64,000 nt of DNA, from positions 6,265 through 70,264 of the forward strand of contig JACPNE010000003.1 of NCBI GenBank assembly GCA_016185615.1. Reading direction: 5' to 3'. The DNA is from Candidatus Woesearchaeota archaeon (lineage in GTDB: Archaea; Nanobdellota; Nanobdellia; SCGC-AAA011-G17; JACPNG01). The notes under the pieces are model-generated. The model was not told the origin of the DNA. It searched no databases and was given only the letters and a program-made list of their open reading frames with translations. Of this stretch, positions 47,198 through 57,715 are shown piece by piece. Position 1 is the stretch's first letter. The number at the start of each line of letters is the position of its first letter. Made by a program: the position numbers and the translations under genes.

Positions 47198-48703
47198 ATG
47201 AACATAAAAAATTTCATACCAAGAGATTATCAAGAAAGTATAAAGAATACCTGTTTGAATAATAATACTCTTGTCATTTTACCAACCGGTTTAGGAAAAA
47301 CAAAAATAGCGTTATTGACTTCTATAGAGAGATTAAAAAGTTTTCAAGATTCTAAAATATTATTTTTAACTCCTACAAAGCCGTTAGCATCACAAATCTA
47401 CTCTGAATTTATAGATTATACGGACGTTGATAAAGAGAAAATATCAATGTTAACTGGAAAAAATAAACCAGAGGAAAGGATTGTTTTATTCGATAATTCT
47501 AGTATAGTTATAGCAACACCACAGACTATACAAAAAGATATTGAAAATAATAGAATTTCATTAGAAAATGTTTCTTTGTTATGTATAGATGAAGCCCATA
47601 GATCAAGACAAAAATTTGCTAATACAATTGTAGCAAAAAATTTCATTGAAAATTCCAAAAATAAAAGAATAATTGCATTAACCGCTTCTCCGGGGGGAAA
47701 TAGGGAAAAGATAAATGACATAATAAATAATTTGTTTATTGAGTCAGTAGAGATCAGAACAGAGGATAGTGAAGACGTATCTGAATATATACAAAAAAAA
47801 GAGAATGAATGGATTACAATAGAGTTTAGTGGGGCTATTAAAGGATTACATAATGAAATTAAGAAAGTTTATGACAATAAGGTATTGGAATTGAAAAAAT
47901 TCGGAATTTATAAGCCTACAAATCTAATAACAAAGAAGGATCTTCTTGGATTACAAATAAGATTTAGAGATTGGATAAGAGAAAATAATCCATTAGCATA
48001 TCGTGGGATTGTGTTAACTTCGCAATTAATTAAGATTGATTACGCATTAGAATTATTAGAAACTCAGACATTAAAAAGTGCATTAAAATTTTTAGAAAAA
48101 ATTAAAGACGATCCATCAAAGTCTGCTAAATCATTGATAAAAGAGCATTGGTTTGAAGATTGTCTGAAAAAAATAAATAAGATGATGGATGAAGGGATTG
48201 AAAATCCAAAAATAAATAAGATGATAGATATAATAAAAGCACAACTAGAGATAAATAAAGATTCAAAGATAATGATTTTTGTAAATTTCAGAAATACTGT
48301 AGATGAAATAACTGAGAGATTAAATAAAATTCAAGATATAAGAGCAATTAAATTGGTTGGACAAAAAGACGGTGTATCTCAAAAAACCCAAATATCTTCA
48401 ATTAAAAAGTTCGAAGATGGTGTGTTTAATGTATTAGTTGGGACAAGTATCTCGGAAGAAGGATTGAATATTTCTGGAGGATCTGATTTAGCAATATTTT
48501 ATGATAATGTATCAACAAGCATTAGAAGAATACAAAGATCAGGAAGAGTAGGAAGAATAAAAGCGGGAAGAATAATATTCTTAATGAACAAAGATACAAG
48601 AGATATTGCTTATTATTGGAAATCAAAAAAAGAAGAAGGAAAAATGAGGAATATACTAAATAATATGAAAGAGAAAAAGTTTATACAAAGAAATTTAAAA
48701 TGA
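47198..48703 (+). CDS. Hef/FANCM-like SF2 helicase (helicase half)
   Basis: PRDYQ, LPTGLGKT, IDEAH, LTASPG, SEEGL, IQRSGRVGR. Confidence 0.9.
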   Translation: MNIKNFIPRDYQESIKNTCLNNNTLVILPTGLGKTKIALLTSIERLKSFQDSKILFLTPTKPLASQIYSEFIDYTDVDKEKISMLTGKNKPEERIVLFDNSSIVIATPQTIQKDIENNRISLENVSLLCIDEAHRSRQKFANTIVAKNFIENSKNKRIIALTASPGGNREKINDIINNLFIESVEIRTEDSEDVSEYIQKKENEWITIEFSGAIKGLHNEIKKVYDNKVLELKKFGIYKPTNLITKKDLLGLQIRFRDWIRENNPLAYRGIVLTSQLIKIDYALELLETQTLKSALKFLEKIKDDPSKSAKSLIKEHWFEDCLKKINKMMDEGIENPKINKMIDIIKAQLEINKDSKIMIFVNFRNTVDEITERLNKIQDIRAIKLVGQKDGVSQKTQISSIKKFEDGVFNVLVGTSISEEGLNISGGSDLAIFYDNVSTSIRRIQRSGRVGRIKAGRIIFLMNKDTRDIAYYWKSKKEEGKMRNILNNMKEKKFIQRNLK

Positions 48704-49374
48704 ATAAGATAATTATAGATCATAGAGAAAGACCTTCTGGAATAATCAAAGAATTAGCAAAAAAAGATGTGGAGGTAGAAGTAAAACAGCTTATTGTTGG
48801 TGATTATATAATAAAGAGCAAAGATAGCAATAATAAAGAAGTTGTTATAGGAATAGAAAAAAAGACTCAATCAGACTTTCTTAATTCAATAATAGACAAA
48901 AGAATAATCCAGCAATTAATTACATTAAAAGAAAATTTTGATATCCCAATATTAATCATTGAAGGCTCTGATAATATATATGAAATAAGAAATTTCCATC
49001 CAAATTCAATTAGGGGAATGCTTGCCTCGATAGCCATAGATTACAGAATCCCCATAATATTTACAAAAAATATGCGAGATACAGCATCTTTGATCAGAGT
49101 TATAAACAAAAGGCTTGAAAGACCAATAAAGAATATAGACTTATTAACAAAAAGAAAACCATTAACTAGAAAAGAGCAACAAGAATTTATGATAGGAAGC
49201 CTTCCAGGGATTGGTCCTACAATTTCTAAATCATTGTTAATAAAATTTGGTTCAATAGAGAATATAATCAATGCAAAAAAAGAAGAATTGATGACTGTAG
49301 ACAAAATAGGTAAGAAAAAAGCTGAAGAAATTAAGGAATTGCTTAAAGCCAATTATGATTATGTTAATTTATAA
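48700..49374 (+). CDS. ERCC4/XPF nuclease with HhH (Hef nuclease half)
   Basis: IDHRE, GDY...IEKKT..DF, LPGIGP, IGKKKA. Confidence 0.9.
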   Translation: MNKIIIDHRERPSGIIKELAKKDVEVEVKQLIVGDYIIKSKDSNNKEVVIGIEKKTQSDFLNSIIDKRIIQQLITLKENFDIPILIIEGSDNIYEIRNFHPNSIRGMLASIAIDYRIPIIFTKNMRDTASLIRVINKRLERPIKNIDLLTKRKPLTRKEQQEFMIGSLPGIGPTISKSLLIKFGSIENIINAKKEELMTVDKIGKKKAEEIKELLKANYDYVNL

Positions 49375-49877
49375 GTCTCTAAAACAGTATATTTCGAACC
49401 ATCTTTTGATAAATCACTCCTAATTAGTTCAAATTCATTGATTAATAATTCCTCTTCAAATTTAATTTTAAGTTTATCCCTAAATTCATCTTTCTTTTTA
49501 ATAAATTTCACCCTGCCTAATGTTATGTGTCCATGAAACTTTTCATCATTTGGAAATAAACTTAATAAATTTCCATCTATCTCTTTTTGTAATTCCATGA
49601 CTTTTCCATTTATTCCAACCCAAACAACTTCAATTTTTTTGTTATTTGGAAAAGAGCCAATATCTTTTATTTTTGTCTTAAAAGAATGAAATTTTGTTTT
49701 ATTTAATCTATTTTTTATTTTGTCCAATAATTCTTCATCAACCTCTCCAAGAAATTTTAATGTACAATGAAATGAGTTTACAAACTTTATTTTTGCTAAT
49801 CCTTTAAATTGTAATTGTATTAATCTGAGTTTTTCTGATATTTCTTTAGGAATTTTTATTGCTATAAACAGTCTCAT
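49359..49877 (-). CDS. thpR: RNA 2',3'-cyclic phosphodiesterase (2H family)
   Basis: MRLFIAI, HCTLKFLG, HITLGR. Confidence 0.9.
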   Translation of the reverse strand: MRLFIAIKIPKEISEKLRLIQLQFKGLAKIKFVNSFHCTLKFLGEVDEELLDKIKNRLNKTKFHSFKTKIKDIGSFPNNKKIEVVWVGINGKVMELQKEIDGNLLSLFPNDEKFHGHITLGRVKFIKKKDEFRDKLKIKFEEELLINEFELIRSDLSKDGSKYTVLETYKLT

Positions 49878-49908
49878 ATTAATTAAGGGATATTAGAACA
49901 AATAAAGT

Positions 49909-51033
49909 TTATCCAAACATTGATATGTGGTCACTTTGTTCTTCTGATCTAACTTTTTTTATCGACTCAACAAAATCATTATTATTTACATTATATCTAT
50001 TTTTTCTTATTGCGATATAACCTGCCTCCGTGCATATCGCTTTTATTTCTGCTCCAGAAAAACTTTCAGTATTTTTTACTAATTGATTTAGATCAACATT
50101 ATTAAGATTCATATTTTTTATATGTATCTTTAGTATTTCTTCTCTTTCTCTCTCATTTGGCAGATCTATTTCGATCAATCTATCTAATCTTCCCGGTCTT
50201 AAAAGAGCTGGATCTAATACATCAATTCTATTTGTAGCCCCTATAAGCTTAACATTGCTAAGTGGCTCAAATCCATCCAGCTCAGATAAGAACTGCATAA
50301 AGGTCCTCTGCACCTCTCTTTCCCCAGAAGTACCTACATCCATTCTTTCAGAAGCTAAAGCATCTATTTCATCTACAAATATTATGCTTGGTGCTCTCTC
50401 TTTAGCAAGTTTGAATATATCCTTGACTAATTTTGCACCTTCCCCTATATACTTTTGATTTAATTCTGATGCAACTACCTCGATAAATGTGGCTTTTGTT
50501 GAAGCTGCAACTGCTTTGGCTAGTAATGTTTTTCCAGATCCTGGTGGACCATACAATAAAATTCCTTTTGGGGGTTCAATGCCTACTTTTTCAAATATAT
50601 GCGGTTTTGTTAATGGGAGCTCTATAACTTCTTTTATTTCCATTATCTGTTCTTTTAGTCCACCTATGTCCTCCCATGAGATATTTGGTTTTTCTATGAT
50701 AACAAAATTTTCTACATCGTAAGATTTGTGGCTTTCTAACTTATCAACTATCATTAATGATCTCTGCTCGACAAAAACTTCATCATTAACTTTTAGTTTA
50801 CCTACGAGGTGATTAGAAACCTCAACCAAGAAATTATTTCCATTAGGTAGTTTTATTATTATCTTGTCATCTATAATATTTTTTACATGACAGAGTATTA
50901 ATGGTTTTTTTCTAAATTTATTTAATTCATTTTTCAAATGAATAATTGTTGCTTTTAATACTTTATTTTCACTTTCAATAGACAAGTTAGAATTAGTAAT
51001 GACATCGTCATATGATCTGGAGTTTACTTCCAT
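49909..51033 (-). CDS. pan: Proteasome-activating nucleotidase
   Basis: Coiled coil-OB-AAA; GPPGSGKT, FVDEID, GEREVQRT, LRPGRLDR; MFG tail. Confidence 0.92.
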   Translation of the reverse strand: MEVNSRSYDDVITNSNLSIESENKVLKATIIHLKNELNKFRKKPLILCHVKNIIDDKIIIKLPNGNNFLVEVSNHLVGKLKVNDEVFVEQRSLMIVDKLESHKSYDVENFVIIEKPNISWEDIGGLKEQIMEIKEVIELPLTKPHIFEKVGIEPPKGILLYGPPGSGKTLLAKAVAASTKATFIEVVASELNQKYIGEGAKLVKDIFKLAKERAPSIIFVDEIDALASERMDVGTSGEREVQRTFMQFLSELDGFEPLSNVKLIGATNRIDVLDPALLRPGRLDRLIEIDLPNEREREEILKIHIKNMNLNNVDLNQLVKNTESFSGAEIKAICTEAGYIAIRKNRYNVNNNDFVESIKKVRSEEQSDHISMFG

Positions 51034-51102
51034 AATTTAAAATTAAATCCTTATTGTTTATAAAGATTTATCTTACGATTAAACAATTAATATATTATTT
51101 AA

Positions 51103-52122
51103 TTAAGAGTATGCTTCTTTTCTTAATTTTTCTAAAGAGGTCCTATTTTTATTAAATGTTTTTAATAGATTGTTTATTTCTTTTGCCAAAGAAGATTTCA
51201 AATCCTGTGGATGTAATTTTTTATTGATAAAATCATTTTCTATTTCTTCATAGTTGTTATAGACTATATTCCCCCCATATTTCTGGTCTCTTTCTATAAC
51301 AAATTTTTCTTTATTATCTATTTTTATTGGTATTATTACATGCTTCAAAAAAGCTAATAGTCCATTATTCTCAACTATTCCAGCCTCACAATGGGCTTTT
51401 TTCAGTTTAGATACAACTGTTGATTCATTATCTAATAAATCTATTTTACTACTAGGATCAGAAGCACTCATTTTCTTGCCCATTAATCCCGGAATCATTG
51501 GAGTCATAATCTCAATTCTTGGTTTATAACTTAGTTTAGGTAAGTTTTCTCTAGCAAATACTAAAATTTTTCTTTGATCTACTCCACCGTATTGAACATC
51601 AATTCCTAAATACTCTTCATCTAAAGACTGCATTATTGGATAGATTAATCCACTTAATTTTGGATTATCTCCCATTTTAACAACTTCGGATGCTGCTCTT
51701 GTAGTATCATTAATAGTTGTAAATGTGCTCATTCTTAAAACATCAAAAAAATATTTACTACTTAATTGAAAGTCTGATCCTTTGACTATCTCAAAATTTT
51801 TAATGTCAGTATTAATAGATTTAAACATTAGAGGAATTACTTCTTTGTAATATTTAAATCGTTTATCTAACTTGTCCCATGGTGTATTGTCCAATGCTCC
51901 GTGTAAATCTGCTAATAACAATTTGACTTTAAATCCAGCTCTTAAAAAATCAGACAATTTTAATACCCAAATAAAATAAGCTATATGTGGTTGTCCTGTA
52001 ACTGCTGTTCCAAGATAAACTGAGGGTTTTTTCTTTTTGGTTAATAAATCAATTAATTCTTTCTCGGTTATTATCTCTTCCGTATTTCTTTTTATGAGCT
52101 CTAATTTTATTCCAATATCCAT
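51103..52122 (-). CDS. tyrS: Tyrosine--tRNA ligase
   Basis: YLGTAVTGQPHIAY, LADLH, YPIMQSLD, GGVDQRKI, KMSAS. Confidence 0.95.
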   Translation of the reverse strand: MDIGIKLELIKRNTEEIITEKELIDLLTKKKKPSVYLGTAVTGQPHIAYFIWVLKLSDFLRAGFKVKLLLADLHGALDNTPWDKLDKRFKYYKEVIPLMFKSINTDIKNFEIVKGSDFQLSSKYFFDVLRMSTFTTINDTTRAASEVVKMGDNPKLSGLIYPIMQSLDEEYLGIDVQYGGVDQRKILVFARENLPKLSYKPRIEIMTPMIPGLMGKKMSASDPSSKIDLLDNESTVVSKLKKAHCEAGIVENNGLLAFLKHVIIPIKIDNKEKFVIERDQKYGGNIVYNNYEEIENDFINKKLHPQDLKSSLAKEINNLLKTFNKNRTSLEKLRKEAYS

Positions 52123-52168
52123 ATAGAAGTATAAAAATTAATTTAAATATAAATCTATCTATGGACAT

Positions 52169-52768
52169 ATGCCATATAGAGAAGATACAAAGTATAATGG
52201 TCCGATTTTGTTATATGGAAAGAAAATTGCTGTTATGGATGATTCTAGATGGGATTTTTTGAATAGACTTAAAATTTTTAAAGATAAGAAAGTTAAAGAT
52301 TTACAATTAGAATTAGAGGTAAGTAGCCTATATTTTCCCGATAAAAATTCCCATAGATCATTATATCTAATCAAACAAAGAAAACCCCCTCAAAAAGAAA
52401 AAGAAAGAATTAGATTAAAAGAAGGAAGAGAAAAAGCAAATTTTTTGTATAAACGTGCAAAAAATAGGATTATAGGGATGTGTAAATGTTATGATTATTT
52501 TGAAGACGTAATCGGAGAAAAATTCAATTTAAAGCGAATCTTCTATTTTAATGGTGTAATACATCTTCCTGATAAAAGTTTTTATGAATTAGAAGATAGA
52601 ATTGATTCCATTGCCAGAGAAGAGAGAAAATATGTGATAGAAGTAATAAAAAATTTAAAATCTGGTGATTTGAGTAAATTGGAAAAAGCAATATTAGACA
52701 ATAAAAGAAGTTTCAAAATATCAATTCCTAAGAATGGTAAACCAGTCATATTAAGGTTTGTCCTATGA
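52169..52768 (+). CDS. Hypothetical protein
   Basis: 199-aa basic ORF with ATGA overlap to the next gene. Confidence 0.6.
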   Translation: MPYREDTKYNGPILLYGKKIAVMDDSRWDFLNRLKIFKDKKVKDLQLELEVSSLYFPDKNSHRSLYLIKQRKPPQKEKERIRLKEGREKANFLYKRAKNRIIGMCKCYDYFEDVIGEKFNLKRIFYFNGVIHLPDKSFYELEDRIDSIAREERKYVIEVIKNLKSGDLSKLEKAILDNKRSFKISIPKNGKPVILRFVL

Positions 52769-53112
52769 AAGAATCTACCCTATTAAAAATCTCTTTATGC
52801 TTTTCCTTGATTGGTGTATTTATCATCTTGATTATTGCAGAAACTTTGGAAGTAAAACAATATGGGATTTCATCAATAACAGATAAAGAGGTTGATAAAA
52901 AGGTTAAGATTGTTGGAACTATCTCATCAATCGTTGAAACTCCAGGATTATTTATACTGGATATAATAGATGAAACTGGGAAGATGAAAGTTGTTATATT
53001 TAAGGAAGATGATTTGGGATTTAACAAGTATGATGAGATAGAAGTTACTGGAAAAGTAATAAAATATAGAAATTATCTTGAAATAGAGGCTGAAACAATA
53101 AGTTTATCATGA
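52765..53112 (+). CDS. Membrane-anchored OB-fold protein
   Basis: N-terminal TM; VKIVGTI...DETGKMKVVIF...EVTGKV..Y...LEI.A. Confidence 0.8.
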   Translation: MKESTLLKISLCFSLIGVFIILIIAETLEVKQYGISSITDKEVDKKVKIVGTISSIVETPGLFILDIIDETGKMKVVIFKEDDLGFNKYDEIEVTGKVIKYRNYLEIEAETISLS

Positions 53113-54305
53113 TTTTAGAAGTATTTATAGCAATATTAATCGGAATAACTCTCGGAATAATTACAGGCTTAACCCCTGGGGTGCATATAAATTTAGTTGC
53201 TGTTCTTGCCTTAACTTCTTTCCCAATATTATCTGAGTATTTTTCAGTTTTGTCTGTAATAATCGCATTAATATCTATGGCAGTAGCCCATACGTTTTTG
53301 GATTTTATCCCTTCAGTTTATTTGGGCGTACCAGATTCAGATACATCATTATCTGTATTTCCGTCACATAGACTATTATTTGAGGGAGATGGTCATGAAG
53401 CAGTCCAATTAGCAACCTTGGGTAGTTTATTTGGGTTAGTAATTACCATATTTATGACTCCAGTATTAATAATTAGTGTAAGAAACTTTTATCCAGTAAT
53501 TAAACAATATATTCCACTTATATTAATTCTTTCTTCTTCATTTTTAATTTTAAGAGATAGAGACAGAAAATGGTCATTAATCGAATTTTTATTATCGGGC
53601 GTACTAGGATTAGGAGTATTAAGTTTAGATTTAAGTCAGCCATTATTTCCGTTGTTTTCTGGTATGTTTGGGATTAGCACATTATTAATGAGTCTAAAAA
53701 ATAATACAAATTTGCCAACACAAAATATAAAAGATTTATCCATAGACAATAAAGAAACCTTTAAAGCTCTTGGTGGTGGTTTTATAGCTTCTTCATTAGC
53801 TGGATTTCTTCCGGGCCTTGGATCAGCACAAGCAGCAATAATTGCATCTAATATAACTGGAAAATTAAGTTCAAGAGGATTTATAGTATTAATAGGATCG
53901 ATAAACACAATTGTAATGATCATCTCTTTTATAGCATTATATGTTATAGACCGGGCAAGAAATGGAGTAATAGTTGTGGTTTCTAAGATTGGTGGAGTAG
54001 TAGATATGAATCACCTAATACTATTTTTAGGAGTCAGTTTTATTGTAGCAGGATTATCAACATTTTTAACATTAGAGTTATCAAAATTATTTTCTAGAGT
54101 GGTTAGTAAGATAGATTATAAAAAAGTGAGTATCTTGATTATAATTTTAATAATAAGTTTGGTTACGTTTATTACCGGTTTATTAGGATTATTTGTATTA
54201 ACGGTATCAACTTTTGTCGGATTAATTCCTATGCTCAAAAATACAGGAAGAAGTCATTTAATGGGCTCATTAATAATTCCGGTTATACTTTATTTGTTGT
54301 TATAA
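53109..54305 (+). CDS. TctA-like (tripartite tricarboxylate transporter permease, archaeal type)
   Basis: TGLTPGVHIN, HTFLDFIPS..LGVPD, PLFSGMFG, FLPGLGSAQAA. Confidence 0.85.
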   Translation: MILEVFIAILIGITLGIITGLTPGVHINLVAVLALTSFPILSEYFSVLSVIIALISMAVAHTFLDFIPSVYLGVPDSDTSLSVFPSHRLLFEGDGHEAVQLATLGSLFGLVITIFMTPVLIISVRNFYPVIKQYIPLILILSSSFLILRDRDRKWSLIEFLLSGVLGLGVLSLDLSQPLFPLFSGMFGISTLLMSLKNNTNLPTQNIKDLSIDNKETFKALGGGFIASSLAGFLPGLGSAQAAIIASNITGKLSSRGFIVLIGSINTIVMIISFIALYVIDRARNGVIVVVSKIGGVVDMNHLILFLGVSFIVAGLSTFLTLELSKLFSRVVSKIDYKKVSILIIILIISLVTFITGLLGLFVLTVSTFVGLIPMLKNTGRSHLMGSLIIPVILYLLL

Positions 54306-57300
54306 TTTTTACGATTGAATATTTTCCCGCCAAATAAGCTATTTGATTTCCTATTTGGTTTTGTATCTTCTGATTTTTTATGTGATGAAGAAACTTTCTC
54401 GATTTCTTTTTCATACCATCCAACATTTAATGATTTTGTCTTTAGATAATCCAAATTATATCCTCTTTTTATCCCTTCTTTGAAATAATTTTCTAAATCT
54501 TTTATATTAGAATGCTCATCAAAAGTATTTTTCTTGAATTCAGGCATTGGTTCTATTATGCTTTTTTGTTGGGATTGTTTCATTTTTGATTCAAAATCAA
54601 ATGATGGAATATTAGTTACTTTCTTATCATCTTTTTTACTTTTAATTTTCTTATTTTTCAGATAATAGTATCCAATAGCAGAAATAACTAATAAAGATAT
54701 TAAAATTATAATAAATAATAAAAATAAATTTGAGCTTTCTTTTGTGCTACAGTCTACTTGACAATTGTTTATTGTTTCTGGATATTCTCCAGAATTATCA
54801 CAAATGCCATTTTCATTACATAAAGGAGTTATATCTTCCCTGTCATTTAATCCATCTGTATCTGTATCTGGATTAGAGGGATTATATCCTAATCTTAATT
54901 CTTCATCATCGCTTAAACCATCATTATCAGAGTCTTTTGATGAAATCTGTTGTGTTTGTAATTCTGTTTTTTGTATTTGAGCAACAGGTTCTATACATGT
55001 TCCATCGGGCCTGCATATATTATTAACAGGACATCCGCATATTGCACATTTCTGCTCTAATTTTCCATCATTACAGTATTTTGGTTTATTATTACTACAA
55101 CTATTATCAGAGGTTCCATCAGAGCAGGATTCTCCTGAACCAGAACAATCAGAATCTTTGTTGTCTATCTGTCCATCGCAGTCATTATCTAATTTGTCTA
55201 AACATGAAGTTTCTTGTCTCTCATATTCTTCTAGTGAGTCATAATCGCAAGAATCCCATTCTCCATCTATACAAGTTTGGGTTAACCCCCCACAAATCCC
55301 TTGTGTTAAATCACAAATCCTTGTTTCATCTTCTTCACAACTACAGTCTTCATCTACTGAGCCATCGCAGTCATTATCAATATTATCTTCGCAAACTTCT
55401 TGTATTGGAAGAACCGTTCCTAGACATACACTCCATATATTATTAATGCATTCTTGGGTTCCTAAACTACATGCCCCTATTCCTGTTCCACAATTTTTAG
55501 ATTCTCCTAAATTACAATTACATCCTTCATCTACTGAGCCATCGCAGTCATTATCTGATGAGTCACATATCTCATTTAGTGGTGCAACTGCATTTTTGCA
55601 TATGCCCCATTCCAATAAGTCTCCAGAGAGTTCACATGTTTGGATTCCTTCTTTACATATTCCTTGGTTTGGACCCCCACAACCCCTTGTAACCCCTTCA
55701 TTAGTGCATTCACAATCCTCATCTATTGTATTATCACAATCATTATCTAAATTATCTCCACACATCTCTGTTGTTGGTCCAGTAGAACCCTGGCAACTGC
55801 CCCAACTTCCATCATCCTGACATGTTGTAATGCCTTGATTGCATTCCCCAATAACACTTCCACAAGCCCCCACATCTCCGGGGTTACAACTAGTTTTATC
55901 AAGGCAATCTTGTGAACATGAAATTTCATTCTCATTTGAATTACAAATTCCGTCCCCACAATATCCTTCTGTATCTTCTGCTCCACAATCTGTATCCTCT
56001 TCATCTAATTTTCCATCACAATCATTGTCTTTTCCGTCTTCACATAAATTCTGTTCATTATTATTACAAACACTAAATTCTCCATTCACAAATTTACTGC
56101 ATCCAAAATCTCCATCAGCCAAATATTTATCACAGAAAAATGTAAAGAATCTGTTTAATCCTATGTCATTTTCTTCCGTTTTATATGTACAATTCGCTTC
56201 ATCAGTATTTGTAGAAGTGCTACAATATTCTCCTTGATTACATGCCCCATTAATTATATCCTCATTTTCTCCATCACCCTTACATATAATAATTGATTTC
56301 AGGCATATATCTCCTTCATCCACTTGTCCATTACAATTGTCATCTTTAAAATTACAAACTTCCTGTACATCTTGATAGCTCTCTGAATTATTGTTACAAT
56401 ATTCTCCTTCAGAGGTATAATTGGAAGGCATTGATTCATTATTTGGAATTCTTCCTAAATCTCCAAATGCACTGTATTCAATTATTACTGGAAATCCTCC
56501 AAGCCCTTCATCTGGAATCTCGACTTTGAAACCATTATCTGTTAATGTTGCCCAACCATATATAGAAGAAGTGACACTTACTGGATTATTACCACCCTCT
56601 CCATCATCTGTGTATCCAACAACACAAGTGTCTTTTGATTCTATACACACCCCATTTATCTTAAATCCTTCACTTTTTAAGAGATTATAATTATAAGCAG
56701 TTAACCAGTCTAAAGTGCTTCTATCACATATCGTGCTATTATAAAGATTTACTCTTGTTCCAGTAACGCAATAATCAACTTCGGCACTTTTTGCTTGTGT
56801 TTGGGGGTAATTACATTGTTGTGAGGTCATATCACCTTTGTATATATATCCATAATATAATTCAGTCCATGGTTTATCTGGAAACTGCCCAGCAAGTTCA
56901 GCATTCATGCATGAATAAAGATTTAATGTTAATATTACTAATTTTGGTCTATATCCAAGATCTACTGTATAAGTTGGTCTTCTTACAGAATGCATCCAGA
57001 ACCTATCTGAGTCTACTGCACTACTTATTCTAATATCATTTGAAGAATTTTTTTGGGTACAATCTGAATCAAATTCTCCACAATCCGAATCACATAAATT
57101 ATCGTCTGATAATAAACAACAATCTCCGGAATTAGATGTGCATTCACCGCAATCAGGATCTACTCCTTGGGTACATTTATTGCTGCATATTCCGTCCTCT
57201 GTAGGATTACATCCAGGAATTATTCCGCATAAATTGAATTTTATATCTTCACCAACTTTAACATTGCCATTTTGAGGAATTAAAAAGACCCCATTGCATG

Positions 57301-57715
57301 AAGATTCTAATGCACATTCATTTGTTTTTATTATTGCAAATGTTCCCAATTCATCTATTTGTGTTGTGATAAACTTTTCAGTCCCATTTATGATTATTTG
57401 GCTCTGGAGATTGATCCATTCTTTTTTATCATAATTATATTTAGCTAAAGTTATATCTGTTTTACTATTACATGTATTCCACTCTTCATTATATGGTCCA
57501 TCTGGTGGAAATTGATATGTAAATTCACCAAAATTAGAGGATAAATCCTCATATTTATATATTGGACTTAATACTAAACTGCAATCACTAAAATTGGAAT
57601 TTTTACAGTCTAATATCTTCTCATAATTTATTGTATCTTGCTCCCCATATACTATTTCGAATGATAATAAAATTATTAGTAACGATAATATTTTAACAGG
57701 CAACACAAACATCAC
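54290..57715 (-). CDS. Large Cys/Asp-rich membrane-anchored surface protein
   Basis: Signal peptide; six C..DNDCDG..DE-type repeats; DSDNDGLSD/DTDTDGLND Ca-binding-like repeats; TM; cytoplasmic tail. Confidence 0.85.
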   Translation of the reverse strand: MMFVLPVKILSLLIILLSFEIVYGEQDTINYEKILDCKNSNFSDCSLVLSPIYKYEDLSSNFGEFTYQFPPDGPYNEEWNTCNSKTDITLAKYNYDKKEWINLQSQIIINGTEKFITTQIDELGTFAIIKTNECALESSCNGVFLIPQNGNVKVGEDIKFNLCGIIPGCNPTEDGICSNKCTQGVDPDCGECTSNSGDCCLLSDDNLCDSDCGEFDSDCTQKNSSNDIRISSAVDSDRFWMHSVRRPTYTVDLGYRPKLVILTLNLYSCMNAELAGQFPDKPWTELYYGYIYKGDMTSQQCNYPQTQAKSAEVDYCVTGTRVNLYNSTICDRSTLDWLTAYNYNLLKSEGFKINGVCIESKDTCVVGYTDDGEGGNNPVSVTSSIYGWATLTDNGFKVEIPDEGLGGFPVIIEYSAFGDLGRIPNNESMPSNYTSEGEYCNNNSESYQDVQEVCNFKDDNCNGQVDEGDICLKSIIICKGDGENEDIINGACNQGEYCSTSTNTDEANCTYKTEENDIGLNRFFTFFCDKYLADGDFGCSKFVNGEFSVCNNNEQNLCEDGKDNDCDGKLDEEDTDCGAEDTEGYCGDGICNSNENEISCSQDCLDKTSCNPGDVGACGSVIGECNQGITTCQDDGSWGSCQGSTGPTTEMCGDNLDNDCDNTIDEDCECTNEGVTRGCGGPNQGICKEGIQTCELSGDLLEWGICKNAVAPLNEICDSSDNDCDGSVDEGCNCNLGESKNCGTGIGACSLGTQECINNIWSVCLGTVLPIQEVCEDNIDNDCDGSVDEDCSCEEDETRICDLTQGICGGLTQTCIDGEWDSCDYDSLEEYERQETSCLDKLDNDCDGQIDNKDSDCSGSGESCSDGTSDNSCSNNKPKYCNDGKLEQKCAICGCPVNNICRPDGTCIEPVAQIQKTELQTQQISSKDSDNDGLSDDEELRLGYNPSNPDTDTDGLNDREDITPLCNENGICDNSGEYPETINNCQVDCSTKESSNLFLLFIIILISLLVISAIGYYYLKNKKIKSKKDDKKVTNIPSFDFESKMKQSQQKSIIEPMPEFKKNTFDEHSNIKDLENYFKEGIKRGYNLDYLKTKSLNVGWYEKEIEKVSSSHKKSEDTKPNRKSNSLFGGKIFNRKNYNNK

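Noticed and set aside
55170..56040. Recurring gccatcgcagtcattatc-like nucleotide repeats
   Set aside because: They encode in-frame DNDCDG protein repeats with irregular spacing; not a CRISPR array or a diversity-generating retroelement (no cas or RT gene in the window).
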